Assembly (NCBI GenBank): GCA_965644295.1
Contig: CBFFRP010000092.1
Span: 1 to 64,000 of the forward strand
Direction: 5' to 3'
Length of the DNA stretch: 64,000 bases
Source of the DNA: Paraphysomonas bandaiensis
Taxonomy: Eukaryota > Protista > Chrysophyceae
The notes below the pieces were generated by a model, which ran no database searches, had not been told where the DNA came from, and saw only the letters and a program-made list of their open reading frames with translations. Numbering within the stretch: position 1 is the first letter of the stretch; each line of letters begins with the position of its first letter. Shown here piece after piece: positions 39,813-52,624 of the stretch. A program made the translations under genes and the position numbers.

Positions 39813-42800
39813 GGAAGGCAGGTACCTATAATGGCCGGTTTACTTTTTTTTTTTTTCGGAATTGGCCGATTTTTATGTGTTGAATCACATCAGAACAACC
39901 TTAAATCTTACTATAAACCATCCTCACATACTTACACAAGAACTAAACTATATATAGTTATATCAGGTAGTGTAAACAGAAATCACTGCTCATGATGACG
40001 TTGTCTGATCTGATTTTCATGCAGAATTGATCGAATATGATGCGAGGACGTCCACAGCGACCCCGAATCACTCATACTCATACTGACAGTCGTATGGACG
40101 AAGTCACATTGCCCCCATTGGGAAAAAGAAATGTTTTGGTTGAGGTTAAGCATGCCAAGCAGTATGGTGTGCTTCCAGGAAATGTACCTCACAAGCGAGA
40201 GGTTAATTTGGTGTTAGAGTCTTTGCCGGATCTGCCGGAAGAGACGAGCAGCTTCCCCAGTATGAAGACTGAAAGGTCGATTCTCAACACAATCGCTAAT
40301 ATCCCTGAGGTAGACGTCAAACGGGGCTACAAAGTATATACCGTTGAGGAGCGTAGGGCAGGACTTATTGCCAGGGTAATAGATGGCAAGAGCGCTGAAT
40401 ATGTTCTCACGGAGTACGGTGTCTCTATCCGCACCCAGGGGCGGGACATGAACGCCATCAGGGAGTTGTATGGACTCACCACGAAGGAGTTCAATGTGTT
40501 TCGGAACGATTCAACGAACCATTCTGTGTTGCGGGAGGCCATCATGGAGCTGGATTACTCCCTGTCTGGTCCTAAAGCTTTGCTCTACTCCATTGCGGAT
40601 CGGGATGTAATGGCTACGAAGATGGACCTTCAAGATAAAGCTGGATATGGGTATGTACATGAAAGTGTATGATGTGTATGATGGCATACAGTGTACGATT
40701 TGTAATTGTTTGTGCAGATATAGCAATGCCCAGATGCAAGCCCTAGCCAGGGAATATTGCCGCGCCCATGCCAGTGCTATACGCACTGCCAATGGAGGCG
40801 AGGACACCCCGGAGTCGGTACGCCTTGATCATGCAAAATGCAGTAAAACCTTTATTCGAGACAACTTTCTCAAGTCGTGCACTTTTGACCTTGGTGAAAA
40901 TTGTTTGCCCGCTTTGACGAAGAAATCTGACCTTTCCTACAAGCGGGCAGCAGCGGCCTGCCCGACACGGGCGAGTACTATGGCCCGTAAGTTCATACAG
41001 CATCTCAGGGAGTGTATAGAGAAAGGGATCTTCCCGTCTTATGGGCCAGACCTGGAGGATATCGAGAACTGGGACGAAATTGGCTTTGACCCTTGGGGGC
41101 ACGCCTTCCCTACCTTCAAACTCTTCCAGGAGCGGAGGGAAAGGCGATTCTCTGCAAGACACGGTGAGCATACATCCTTCTGGGTAACACTTCTGTATGG
41201 TATTCGCCCGGATGGGTCGACAACAAGACCCATCATCATTCACCAGGGTGGTGATGGCGAGGCGATGAGGGGACATTTGCACCTCAACCTCGACCCCACG
41301 TTTCATGTGGATTCTACTCCGTCGGGATATGCTGACCGGAATACCTTTCGAATAGCTGTATCGGAGATGTCAGCGTCAGGCAGGGCTAAGTGGGTCTACA
41401 TTGATGGACATAGCTCACACTTTGACCCCAACTCTATCCGGCACGCTATTTCTCATAAAGTGTATATCAATTTCCTCTGTGCTAACAACTCTGTTAATGA
41501 CGCCCCCATCGATAACGGGCCCAATGCCAAGCTTAAAGCTGCCTATCGGAGGTGCTTTTCCTGGTGGAAGCACAGAAACCCAGGAGAGCCTATGATTGTT
41601 TTTCACTTCAACGAAATAATCAATCAGGCATGGAATGAGTTTACCTCTGACCCCACGCTACCTGGTTGCATCAAGCATGCCTTTGCTAAGACGTTGACTT
41701 GGCCTTTAGTTGATCCCTTGGAGGGAGAGGAGGTGGCCGAGGTTCATAGAGACAAGGTGACATCTAATAGTATTATCTCTGGTGTGTATGATGTGGATGA
41801 ACGGGACATGGACCGTAAGGCATCGGTGCTTTCGGCACCCAGACCAGTCGCTCTCATGGAGCCCAGCGAGGAGAACCCAAATATGAAGCGGGTTCGTTAC
41901 CAGGAGGTCAAGCCTGGGGATATTAACTATTGCGTGCTTATTAGTAGTATTTCGGCACAGTTCTTCCAGTCTAGTTTTCTCGCTCCGGCACGTGAACAGG
42001 CCCAAGCGAGGGCAGAGGAGGCCCGATACAAGAAAGCCTCAATTCCCCGCGGTGCGTTAAGTGTATTGGACGTTGCCCTAGAGAATGAGGTGAGGGGTCA
42101 GGATGCAGAAAGGGAGGGGGGAGGGGTGGACGAGAGGGGTGGTATGCCCAACACCACTACGGGGCACTGTGCAGTGCTGTCAACGGCCGAGCGTATTGAG
42201 GCCTACATGGCTCGGAGGGAGGAAGAGCGACAGGCTAAAGAGCGCCGTAAGGACGAAAAGGAGCGCCGCCAGATGGAAGAATATCACCGACATGTTGAGA
42301 CCGTGGATGCCCTTCTACTCCGTGTGCGCGACCAGCAATATGACTGGCGCACGGCCAATAATGATGCTCTGAGGGCAGCACTAAATGTCCTTCCTAAGGC
42401 AACGACTCCTATTGATCCTGAGCTAAAGGTTGGCACGAAGGCCTACCTCATAGCCAAGCTCGAAGGTCCGATGTCTGACAAGTTGAGACAGCTGCACGGG
42501 GGAGTGGAGAGGGAGAGAGAGGAGGTTTATGTATCGGAATCAGACCGAGAGCCTATCGATGCGGCGTAGGTTACTTGCTATTTAATCGCGTACTTGCGAG
42601 TCTCTTATTTTGTTTTGACCCCACTTGGTCCTTTATTTTCTTTGACCTTCTGGTCGGTCCTTTATTTTCTTTGGATGTTTCGCATGATAAAGTGCATACA
42701 ATTGTAATCACTTCAGCTCATGCAAAGTCAACGCATACATACCACAAACCAGCAGTACATATTCGTATCTACTTTAACTCTGTCGTATGTATGATTTTAC

Positions 42801-44219
42801 GTAGCATCGTTTTTGTTTTGGATTTTTAATATTTTTTTCTCCAGTGTGAAATTTAATTACGAGGTGAATGAAAGTAATAAAGTTCAACACTGATGGCTAC
42901 ATACTTCTTCTTGTTGACCAAACTAAGCCACCCTCAACTACATAGTCAATATCCGATTTTAAGTAAATCTCAATGGGTGTAACATAATATAAATTAAGTA
43001 GTAGAAATAATATATATTAGTGAATATACAAGAGAACAAAAACAATTCAAAATAATAATTTAGTTAATCTAGCACTTGTAGTGCTCCTGTACTACTCGAC
43101 ATCAATGACATATATTTGGAAAGCAAGATTTAGTACTATGAATCGTATGAATACTGAGGTGGCCAGGTTCCCTCTGCCCTTTATCCAGTGCAAGCTATTG
43201 CTGAGCTCCCGCTGTTCCTCTAGAGGGGTACCTTATGTCCCATGGATCAATAGTCGACCCACTATGAGTCTGGGTGTTCAACCATTGAAAAGTTTAGGAC
43301 AGCAATCAGTCATGACGGGGGAAGCGCCAGTTGGTTTGACCACATCCACAGTTCCAATAACATTCGGCCAAGGATCACTGGTGGGCTGCGTCAACATGGA
43401 TCCCTCTACGTTCCACTGCGTGCAGAGCCCCGTGCAATGAATTTCACTGTCTACATGTGCTGTTCCACATGCCTCACCCTGACCCCTGTAGAATAGTGAA
43501 CTTTCAATCCGGGCGTCACCCTGAGCCCTAAATAGCTCCAGAGTCCTCCCCCTTTCCTCCTCAATTCACCAGAGCCTCCATTTCGCTCCAGAGGAGCAGC
43601 ATTAGAGTCATCGTCTGGCTAATCTAAACACACGCTTATTTCAGAAATTTGATGCACAATGCCGCAGAGGAGAGCATATACTCAAATTAGTGTGCTGATA
43701 GAATTGCGCATATAATGAGCAATAGTTGAGTGTATATCTACAGGTCAGTTGAGGTCATTCGCAGGTGTGGTGGGCCGGCGTATCGAAATCGACCCCTTTC
43801 CCCAACCAGAACTTATCACCATAAATACTGCGAATCAGTTGAAAGTAAGAGCACCATCGTGTCAAGCACTATGAATTTAGTCTACCTGTATCGCCACATG
43901 GCCGCTATGAGCAATGACCATCTCCAAATACTCCAATTTAATTAAAGTGACTGTGATTTGCAGTCATCTGAGAGGGAAAAAACGGCCATTTTGAAAAACC
44001 AAAAACTGAAATGAGGTCAAAAATCTCTTAAGGCGCTCACTTTGAGGATGAATATCAAAAGATTCAGATTATGAGTGCAGTTCGTCACTTAGAATGAAAT
44101 ATGGGTAAAATCATTACGTTTCCAATGATGCTTTCACTGCAATCAGACATGCATTGAGTGTTATTTTAAGTGCATCTGAAAAGTGCAAAAAAAACGGCCA
44201 TAATAGATACCTGCCTTCC
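39813..44219 (+). mobile_element. Full-length pogo-type (Tc1/mariner superfamily) DNA transposon, 4.4 kb
   Basis: 25-bp TIRs ggaaggcaggtaYctatWatggccg (23/25 identical), TA on both flanks, internal transposase. Confidence 0.92.
40037..42569 (+). CDS. pogo-like DD35D transposase; exons 40037-40650, 40718-42569
   Basis: NWDEIG, IDGHSSH, APIDNG with 35 residues between the 2nd and 3rd Asp; GT-AG intron joins the two ORFs in frame; C-terminal coiled coil. Confidence 0.88.
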
Positions 44220-44540
44220 TACATTGCTGTATATCATATATACACTACCGTACTGCTGGCTTGTATACATCGTACCTATCTACATATCTACTGTTAGTGT
44301 AACCTACAGGTCTACAGGTACAGTCGTCATGATCTATTAATTTCATCACTCTATTCTTCCACATATCCATCACTTATAAACATTAATAATACACATACCA
44401 TGAAACCACATTGAATTACCATATAATCACTATGAATTACTCATTTCCCTTATCATTATCACCTTCATTCTGATCTACTATCACCATTTATCACAATCAT
44501 ATTATCCTTATGGCTTTATAATAATATATCTCTTATCTCA

Positions 44541-45814
44541 ATGATTACACACAGAGAGATTGGTTATATAGGACTCAGTCTATACTATTCAATATTTATT
44601 GTTACATTATGGAGAACATTTATTCATTTTATTCCATATCATCCACCACTATGGACTGCTCGGAAGATATTTCATGTATTACTACTAGTATATTGTGTGC
44701 TCCAAGGATCGTCATTTATTTCATTCTGTGAAGGATATGAATCGTATACTAAAGCATGTTATATATGTCACCTCTTTGGAATTTTTGCAGAGGTTATTGC
44801 ACTGTCGTCGATCAATGTTTTGTGGTCCAAGGTTTTGTCATCTGGAGGAAAGGCGCGACAGTATGTACTCCCCACCCTTGTCTCTATAAGCATTGCATTT
44901 CTAGTATATATATGCTTCCTCGTTCATAGTATGTGCTCAAGTGATAAATCGTTCAGTGATTGGGCCAAACAGTCCAATTCTTTTCGATATTTCTTGTTAG
45001 TAGAATCCGCGATTCTTACTCTTAATGGGGTAATACTAGTTGTGTTGGGTTCAATGATGTGGACAAAATTATCTCATAGTTCTTACTGGCGTTCCCTACG
45101 TAGAAGTAAACGTCAAAAAATTATTACCCGTTTGGTGTTCACTATTGGGATATGTTTTCTTAGTTTGAGCACGAGAGCGATACTAGAAAGTCTTATATTT
45201 TTCCATCGTGGAGATGATATTACCAATGATGAATGGTGGATATTTTCCACTTGGACGCCCAATGCTCTCCCAGCTGTTATTCTACTTTATGCTATGGTGA
45301 GAATCTAATTATATGATGCAATAGTTCTTTTGTACTCACGATATATTGCACGCAGCGTACACCGGATAAACCTCAAGTGATTATCGATAGCAAATCAGCA
45401 CGGGTTACCTTTACAACAGATAGCGCTCGCATGTTCAGCTACACGTTTTCTGACTATTCTCCACTAGGGGGGAGTAGCAACAACCCCACCTCACCAGACC
45501 TTTTCGATGTGTCGTATATTATTCCACCGGTGCCGGAGAGAAGTTCACAAGAGAGAGATGTGCTGGTGCCGCTGTTGTTAGGAGACCTTAGTGCAGGGGC
45601 GAAGTGGGGAGATGATACAGGTGGACCTCTATATTCTGCTCCGAGGCCACACAATGGTCGTGACCAAACGGATCATATGAATGACCTCTTGCATGCGGCG
45701 GCTTCCGGTCCTGATATGTATGAGGATGGGCTTCTTGTGGGCTCATCTGACGCAGAGAGCCTCCGTGAAGAGGAACTCAACGACGATGCGCCGCTTCGAA
45801 CGGAGGAAATATAG
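44541..45814 (+). CDS. Multi-pass membrane protein, GPR137/TOM1-TOM3-like; intron 45297-45355
   Basis: About 7 hydrophobic helices, WTARKIFHVLL motif, long hydrophilic C-tail. Confidence 0.65.
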
Positions 45815-46312
45815 CGATATTTGTGTACGATGTCATTATAGCAGCGGACAATTGTTTTCTTATCTTAATATTACTATTTGTATACGTAGTGTACATATAT
45901 TTGATGTGGTTAGAATAAGGGTAGCTGTTCTAAACATGAAGTCAAGAACTGTTAATTAGCACAAAGAAAAATCTGGAACTTATTTGAAACAACTCCGTAG
46001 TTAATATAGATTGCAATGACATTACTTTCTCTTGTGCTGATTAGTTATGGGTAGAGGTCTAAATAGTATGTCTAGCATTCAACTAGCCACTATATTGGTA
46101 CAAGTTTTTAACGCCTATTGCTAAATAATAAGACTTTCAATATAATACATTATATTCTACGTACGAACTACAACTTCGATTACATGCTGTTACTGGAAGA
46201 AATCGTGAGCATTTAAACGGCACGATGCAGTAGTTTTTGGTGAACCTCAGTTCAGTTGTACTCAACTTATACTCCTGGCTAAAATTCGATAATTTTTATA
46301 GGTATATTAATA

Positions 46313-47463
46313 TCACTGTACATAAAACATCGAATACTTATTCCGGAGTGCTGATCGATATTCTTCTTCACTTAGACAAATTCCCCCGTCTAGCTCATGT
46401 AAAAGCTCGAGGGCACGATCCTCAGCATATTGCACGTTTCCCCAAGCCCCCCACCCCATCATGAACCGGAAATAGTCGAGCAAAGCTACCTCGTATTGAG
46501 CTTGAAGAATATCCATTGTAAAGCTCCCGTCGTCGCTGTGACCGTGTTCTACGCGGTACCTACAAAATTGACGGTAGTAGTAGGACAATATATCTGCTTC
46601 CGCTCTACGACCGCAGGAGAGAGTATCCTCATCAAGATGTACAGATGTGACTACAAACTTGGCAAGGTCTCGTCCAGGAAATCCACCACCGCAATACTGA
46701 AAGTCAACCGCTGCAGCAGCACACTCCTCCCCGTTCCCTGTTGTAAACAAAAGATTGGCCGCTTTAAAGTCCCCATGTACTATAGTACAATGCTTCAACG
46801 ATGGTTTCAAAATATCAGCCAGAGGCTGAGCGACCATTTTTAAACGACTCCATTGAGTTCCCATTGCCATCAACTCATTTTGCCGAGTATCCAAACGCCA
46901 GTAGCATCCTTCTCGCCACAATCCTGAGTCCTCCCATAATGAATTTCGCTCCCATCCAAATGAATGAAACTTTGCCAGCCAGTCACAAGCGGCAGTAACT
47001 TGATCTCTAGACAAAACCTCAATTTCCCGTTTAGGAAATTCTTCTCTTAAATCATTCATAAAAAACAACAATTTCCCAGTTAAAGCAATTTTCTCACAAT
47101 GAAAACAATGAGGAATCTTAACTCCATATTGATTTAATTCATTTGACATATGAGTGTAGAAAGCAAGCTCAACATCATAGGATTTAAGTTTTCGTATATG
47201 TCCTTCTTCTCCATCTTTATGAGGAGGAGATATGATCTTGACTATATATCTTCTTATACCAGATGTAGTAGTGAGAGTTATCCCTCTAATAGACCTGTAT
47301 ATATATGTATATGAGGTATATGGAGGTCATTACTGTGATATACATACCCATAACCCGCCCATACAGAACAAAACTCTGTGTCTTGTATATGAATGACTTC
47401 TTCATTAGTAAGAGATAATAAAAATTCTTCATTCTTAAGTAATTCGATTAGTCTGGAGTCCAT
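46313..47463 (-). CDS. Ecdysteroid kinase-like / choline kinase-like phosphotransferase; exons 47463-47348, 47294-46313
   Basis: VWAGYG, HIRKLKSYDVE..FY, WLAKFH, YWRLDTR, HGDFKAANLLF, VDFQYCG. Confidence 0.85.
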
Positions 47464-47704
47464 CTTACTAAGATTGAGGGACTATATATAACAACAACTA
47501 ATATCCATATGGATATCTCAGATGCTTAATGTACACACGGTACGATATCATACTGGTACAGTCAGTGTACACAGCAATACACTCCTGCTATATGTACTGT
47601 GTACACTGTACCGCACTTAGTCCGTCCTGTACTTATCATGTTGAGGAAAACCAGGAAAAGTTCAAAAACTAAATGACACTAAAAATCTAAAAAACCCTTA
47701 TTTA

Positions 47705-47772
47705 GGCCGTTCCTTACGGTGGGTAAAAAATAAAAAATTCATTTTTTTTTTACCCAACCGTAAGGAACGGCC
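47705..47772. mobile_element. 68-bp PIF/Harbinger (Tourist-like) micro-MITE
   Basis: TIR ggccgttccttacgg(t/t)gggtaaaaaa; TTA on both flanks. Confidence 0.75.
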
Positions 47773-49048
47773 TTATAGTGTAAAAGTACACAGGACATCC
47801 AGTACGCACTCAACGAAGACGAGGATATGGCTGAGACTCACCATAATGAAGCTATCAAATAGACTATGAAGGCTTCCCATTGACACAACTGCAGATAAGT
47901 TTCTCATTATCACTCTTTCAACTAATGAAGACCTTCCCTTTCTAAATATATATAAATAAGAGGAAACAATGTAACATTATCATGATGGAAAGGTGAACTT
48001 GAGGCAACCAACAGTAATCATGTTAAAGTGTACAGCCGGTATGATATATATGATATGAATGGAGGGAAGGCATCATTGGAATTGGCATGAATTTGTAACA
48101 TGAATCAGTGTGATTTTTTTACCTGTGGCTCTGTGTGAGGACCCGGTACTAGAACTATTTCCTCTCCACTCCAGACTACCTGCTTCTGTGAACACAACGT
48201 TGGAGGGCCATAAAGTCCTGCCGCGTATACAGGAGACATATTTCGAAGACGCGGTTCACAAGTTGTTTATATTAGGACAAGAAGATTGGGTAGGCACGTA
48301 TCGTCCGACGTAAACACGGATTCACCGGATACCCACCCAGCTATCTAATCGTGTTGTATAGTTTAGCACTTGTCAGTTGCAGAAACGTACAAGCTTGTGA
48401 TTTTAACGATAAGACGTTATTATATTGCGCTATTTGCGCAATTAACACATTTCTTAGAAAGGACTGACTTCTTCTCTCCTCATCCTCCTTCTTATTTTTA
48501 CCAGTATTTGTACAACCAAACTCTTCAATTTTTATATATAATAGTTAACAAAAATACAATGAACACTTTAATGAAGTATATCGTTTCTGAGCAGTGTTTC
48601 ATGAATTTTTGTGTCTCAACTCAATAAGTGGCTCGCTCACGGATTTGTTCCGTTAATTTCCATCAAAGCAACCCTTATGATCCCATATTATTTGTTGTTT
48701 CTTGTGTGCTTTATGAATTTTTTTGAATATCCTTAGCGGATTATTACATCGCCCTACTTCCCACTTTATACGAAATCAATATCCACTGAAGGTTCTTGCA
48801 GTGTAAGTCCACTGTTCATTTACTCTTATACTCAACATTTCTTGCATTGAACCATGAAATATTCATTTCTTTATGTTCTTCTTCTCTCCTCAACAAATAA
48901 TATCAGCTTCATTTCTGCTCATTCTATCTTATATTATTACTTAGTTAGTTATTACTCGTGATAAATACAGCATGTAATAGGAAGAGCTGATATACTTCTA
49001 TTACTTAACTATATTAATATTAGCTACGTACTTCAGTTTCTCGGGATC

Positions 49049-49456
49049 TATTATTCAACCTAGTCACACCAAAATTGGTGTATAAACCTAGTCCAGTAGT
49101 TGAAAAACCTAGTCATTTAATAATTCAGTTTTCAATGGCTAGGTTGACTAGGTTGACTAGGTGTTTTAGGGTATTCACCTATAGTCAAAAATAAAAATGT
49201 TCACCCAAACATGGGAGCATACTCTAGCTATCAATTAATGAAAATGCAACCATTGAACACATGCAATACATTGATGCTCTGTGAGCCACTAATACGTTAG
49301 ACAGTCACAGTGTGTAATCAATACATATAAGAACAAAAGAACGACTAGGTTGAATACCAAAATTGACTGGTTGAGTCATTTATTACTTTGACTAGGGTAT
49401 TCCACCAAAAATAGTGTGACTAGGTAATTCAACCAATTTGACTAAGTTGAATAATA
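49049..49456. mobile_element. MITE with gactagg subterminal repeats (partial copy at ~29355-29465)
   Basis: TIR tattattcaacYtagtca; repeated ttgactagg units. Confidence 0.72.
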
Positions 49457-49890
49457 TTTATATAGTAGGTATCATTACATTCTCTTAAAGTATCAGTCGA
49501 CATGTTGTCTAAACCATGGTCACTTTTAAGTTAAGAAATTAAATTTTGAGGTTTCGAATGATAACCGTCACTAAAATAATAGGGAATTTAATGATGCTCT
49601 GTGAGATAGTATGGACAACCTGTCTAACTATGATCAGATAATAGTGATAATCAAGATTTATTGCTAGTCGTAATATTCCATTAGAAGGTAAATTACATGT
49701 GAATACGCAATACATCATTGGAGCATAATGATTAAAACCAATCACATAGCAAGGCATCTTGTACAGTCACGTATCTTCTATTTAGTTGAATAATAATTAT
49801 AAGTCAATTACTATTTTCGTATCTTGTTGTATTCACGGGCACATTTTTCGTTAATGTCGGGAATTGTTTCCCGTTAAAGGGTCATTATAT

Positions 49891-50742
49891 TTATATTTAA
49901 CCACGGGCAATAAGGAGGCTAGATCGTCCCGCGCTCAAAATTTTGAAACGAGGGCGAAAAGCCCGAGTTTTAAAATTTAGACAAGGGACGATACTCCTTA
50001 TCCCTAGGTTAAATTGTAGCTTATCCTCATGACGTTGAAAAGTTGATATTACATTGTATAGCTATTTGTAGCATGCTTGCTGTATTAAGATAGATGTTCC
50101 TTGATTAACATTAATAACACAAATGAGAACTCATATATAGTTTCTAATCAATGATATGTATACTGTAAGTGTGATGATAAATGTAAACAGTTGAAGGTGA
50201 GAGAGAGGCTTCTTATTGCCTTAATTAGCATCATCATCACATTTATATACAGCAGGCTTTACCTCTGCAAGTGCACCTGATCGAAAGATGTGTGTATGAT
50301 ATGAGACACACAATATCCTGAGAAGCACGATACGGCTCCAACCCTGAAACAACTGGGTGCCACTGCTCCTAACCACCTATATAGCATCAGATATGGTACT
50401 TAAACTCTCCTGTAATATTCTTGAAGTTGTTTCGAAGTCCTGGATATGAAGACAGATCACTTGCACTGACCTCATTATGAACAGCAGTAGAAGAATGGAA
50501 TATAACTTGGAGTTAGATGATCTGCTCTTGATATTAGGCTTATGATTGTGGTTTCTCTATAATTGCGTACTATAATGAAATCACGTACATATGACTGTTA
50601 TTATCATAATGAAGATAGAAGTGAGCTTCTGTTCAACTGAATATTGAAGTTGAATGTCTATATTTGCCCGGTGCTGATATGAGCGCCCTGTTGAGTCAAA
50701 ATCAGGTCAAAAAAAGCTTTTTTTGAGACAAAATGGGGATAA
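49891..50742 (+). mobile_element. Hairpin-headed non-coding repeat family, longest copy
   Basis: ~125-bp 5' fold-back around gagggcgaaaagcccgag; 3' end atggggataa; homologous to the 5306 and 16884 copies. Confidence 0.78.
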
Positions 50743-51189
50743 TGGTTAATAATAGCTGCCTATTGAAGTCAAGCATCAGGGCTATTTCACCTCATGGACA
50801 GAGAGCGAAAGTAATTGCACCTTAGTGCTTGAGGTGATTGTGCATCTTTCGTTGCGCAAAATAGTACAAATGTTTGTATTAAGCTAAACTAATAAAATAT
50901 GATAAAAGTCATGTTTTTTTAACTTTACCGAATGAAAACACATGCCCTGCAATGTAAGGCTGAACTATACGTAGGAACAGTTTAAAACTGTGACACGCAT
51001 AGAGTGTATAGTAAACATATATTCTAGTGACATGTTCACTACATACGTGAAAATTACAGGACAGAAGAGTCAATACACACATATAGACAGACCACATATA
51101 GACAGACATTTCTATCTTGAGAAGCATTAAAACTCCAGCAAAGACGAGTCCAGGAATACATCATCGCTTGTTAAGCAATACAACACACG

Positions 51190-51440
51190 AAGAGAAAACT
51201 GTTGACGGAGATAGCAAAAATGTCTCAATCTTCAGGCTGTGAAGGAGAAAAAACACACATATAGGAGAAAACTTTGTTGGCGGAGATAGCACAAATATGT
51301 TGCCATCCTTTGGTTGTGGAGGCTACAAAACAATAAAACACACATTCACATTGCAAAACACACATATAGGAGAAAAACTACAGGCCACGCTTTGTTGGCG
51401 GAGATAACACAAATATGTTGGCATATAGTTGTGGAGGTAA
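51190..51440. repeat. Degenerate ~75-120 bp tandem repeat (3 units)
   Basis: gagaaaact..tgttgRcggagata recurs at ~51192, ~51265 and ~51370. Confidence 0.65.
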
Positions 51441-51489
51441 CGCCTGTTGAGAAGTGTGCACCACTATCCACATCTTGCACTTGAGTACA

Positions 51490-52053
51490 CTACGGAGAGT
51501 CCGGGGAGTCCATGAGTGTGTCCATGTCATTTGCCAGTGACATTTCATTTTCATCTTTCTCGTATTTCTTCGGATAGACCTTCACGCGACAGATTTTCTT
51601 CACCCCTCCCGTGTTTTCATCTCCCACATTGGACTGACGGGAGAAAAGCAACGAAAACAAACTTTTTTTGCGGTTATTGCATCCTTTATCTATTCCCCCT
51701 CGTCTGGTCTTATCTCTATTCTCTTGTGATTTGAAATAAGAAATATTCGAATTAGTGTCCTCTGATTGGCTGTTAGCTTTAAATAAACGAGACACCGCTT
51801 TGATTGGCATAATAAACACTTGACTCATACGACGAACACGGGACACATCTAATGCTTTCATGAGTTCCTCTTGAGTGATACCTTCATCTTCTCCTTTTCC
51901 TGTAGCATGAATAAGTCTGATAGTGTCCTCATCGGTAAGTAATATACGAGCAGCAGTTAAACGAGGCAATAGGACTTTAAGAGGTACACGATGGGAACCA
52001 TCACCTAGTACCCGAAACCATCCTGATACCAGAGAAGCTGTCTCCGGACTCAT
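51490..52053 (-). CDS. Hypothetical protein with a degenerate EF-hand-like pair
   Basis: Open 187-aa frame; IRLIHATGKGEDEGITQEELMKAL resembles an EF loop; divergent from the SPX gene. Confidence 0.45.
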   Translation of the reverse strand: MSPETASLVSGWFRVLGDGSHRVPLKVLLPRLTAARILLTDEDTIRLIHATGKGEDEGITQEELMKALDVSRVRRMSQVFIMPIKAVSRLFKANSQSEDTNSNISYFKSQENRDKTRRGGIDKGCNNRKKSLFSLLFSRQSNVGDENTGGVKKICRVKVYPKKYEKDENEMSLANDMDTLMDSPDSP

Positions 52054-52624
52054 GTTGAATAACACCCTCTACTGATAGTATAGTGTATATATTATATATT
52101 ACATATTGCTTCCTGATACATATATATACGTATATCATGCATATAGAATAGCATGTATGTACGTACAGCGTTCAGATATGTACCAACACAGTATATGAGA
52201 TAGTAATACATCATAGAATACAGAACTAAAATACGTCTTGGTGATGTATGAATAGGAATTCCATAAATCAGTATTCTAGAAATTTAGAATACATCACAAA
52301 AACACTGCATAAATCCACCAAGACTACATACTGTATATATACAGTATATTCTGCACCAGTACCATATACTACAATACACAGTACAACTGTACTACAGTAC
52401 CTCTCTCAATCTGACCATATATATATATGACCGAAGTCGAAGTGTGGTGAGAGAAAGAAAGTGAAGAGTGGACATGCATGTCATTCTCTATACTATCATG
52501 CATGCACTTGAACTCTCTCTATATAATCCCCATCTCCACAGCATGTATATATATATCACTGGAGTGACCTTACATTAATCTACCATATATTAGCATTCTA
52601 TTCATTAATTCATTATAAAGAACA

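Noticed and set aside
43081-43945. Second gene inside the pogo element
   Set aside because: Only short frames on either strand and no recognisable motif; left as unexplained cargo
48110-48350. Short GC-richer coding-like patch
   Set aside because: 67 aa, no ATG start, no motif; cannot be assigned
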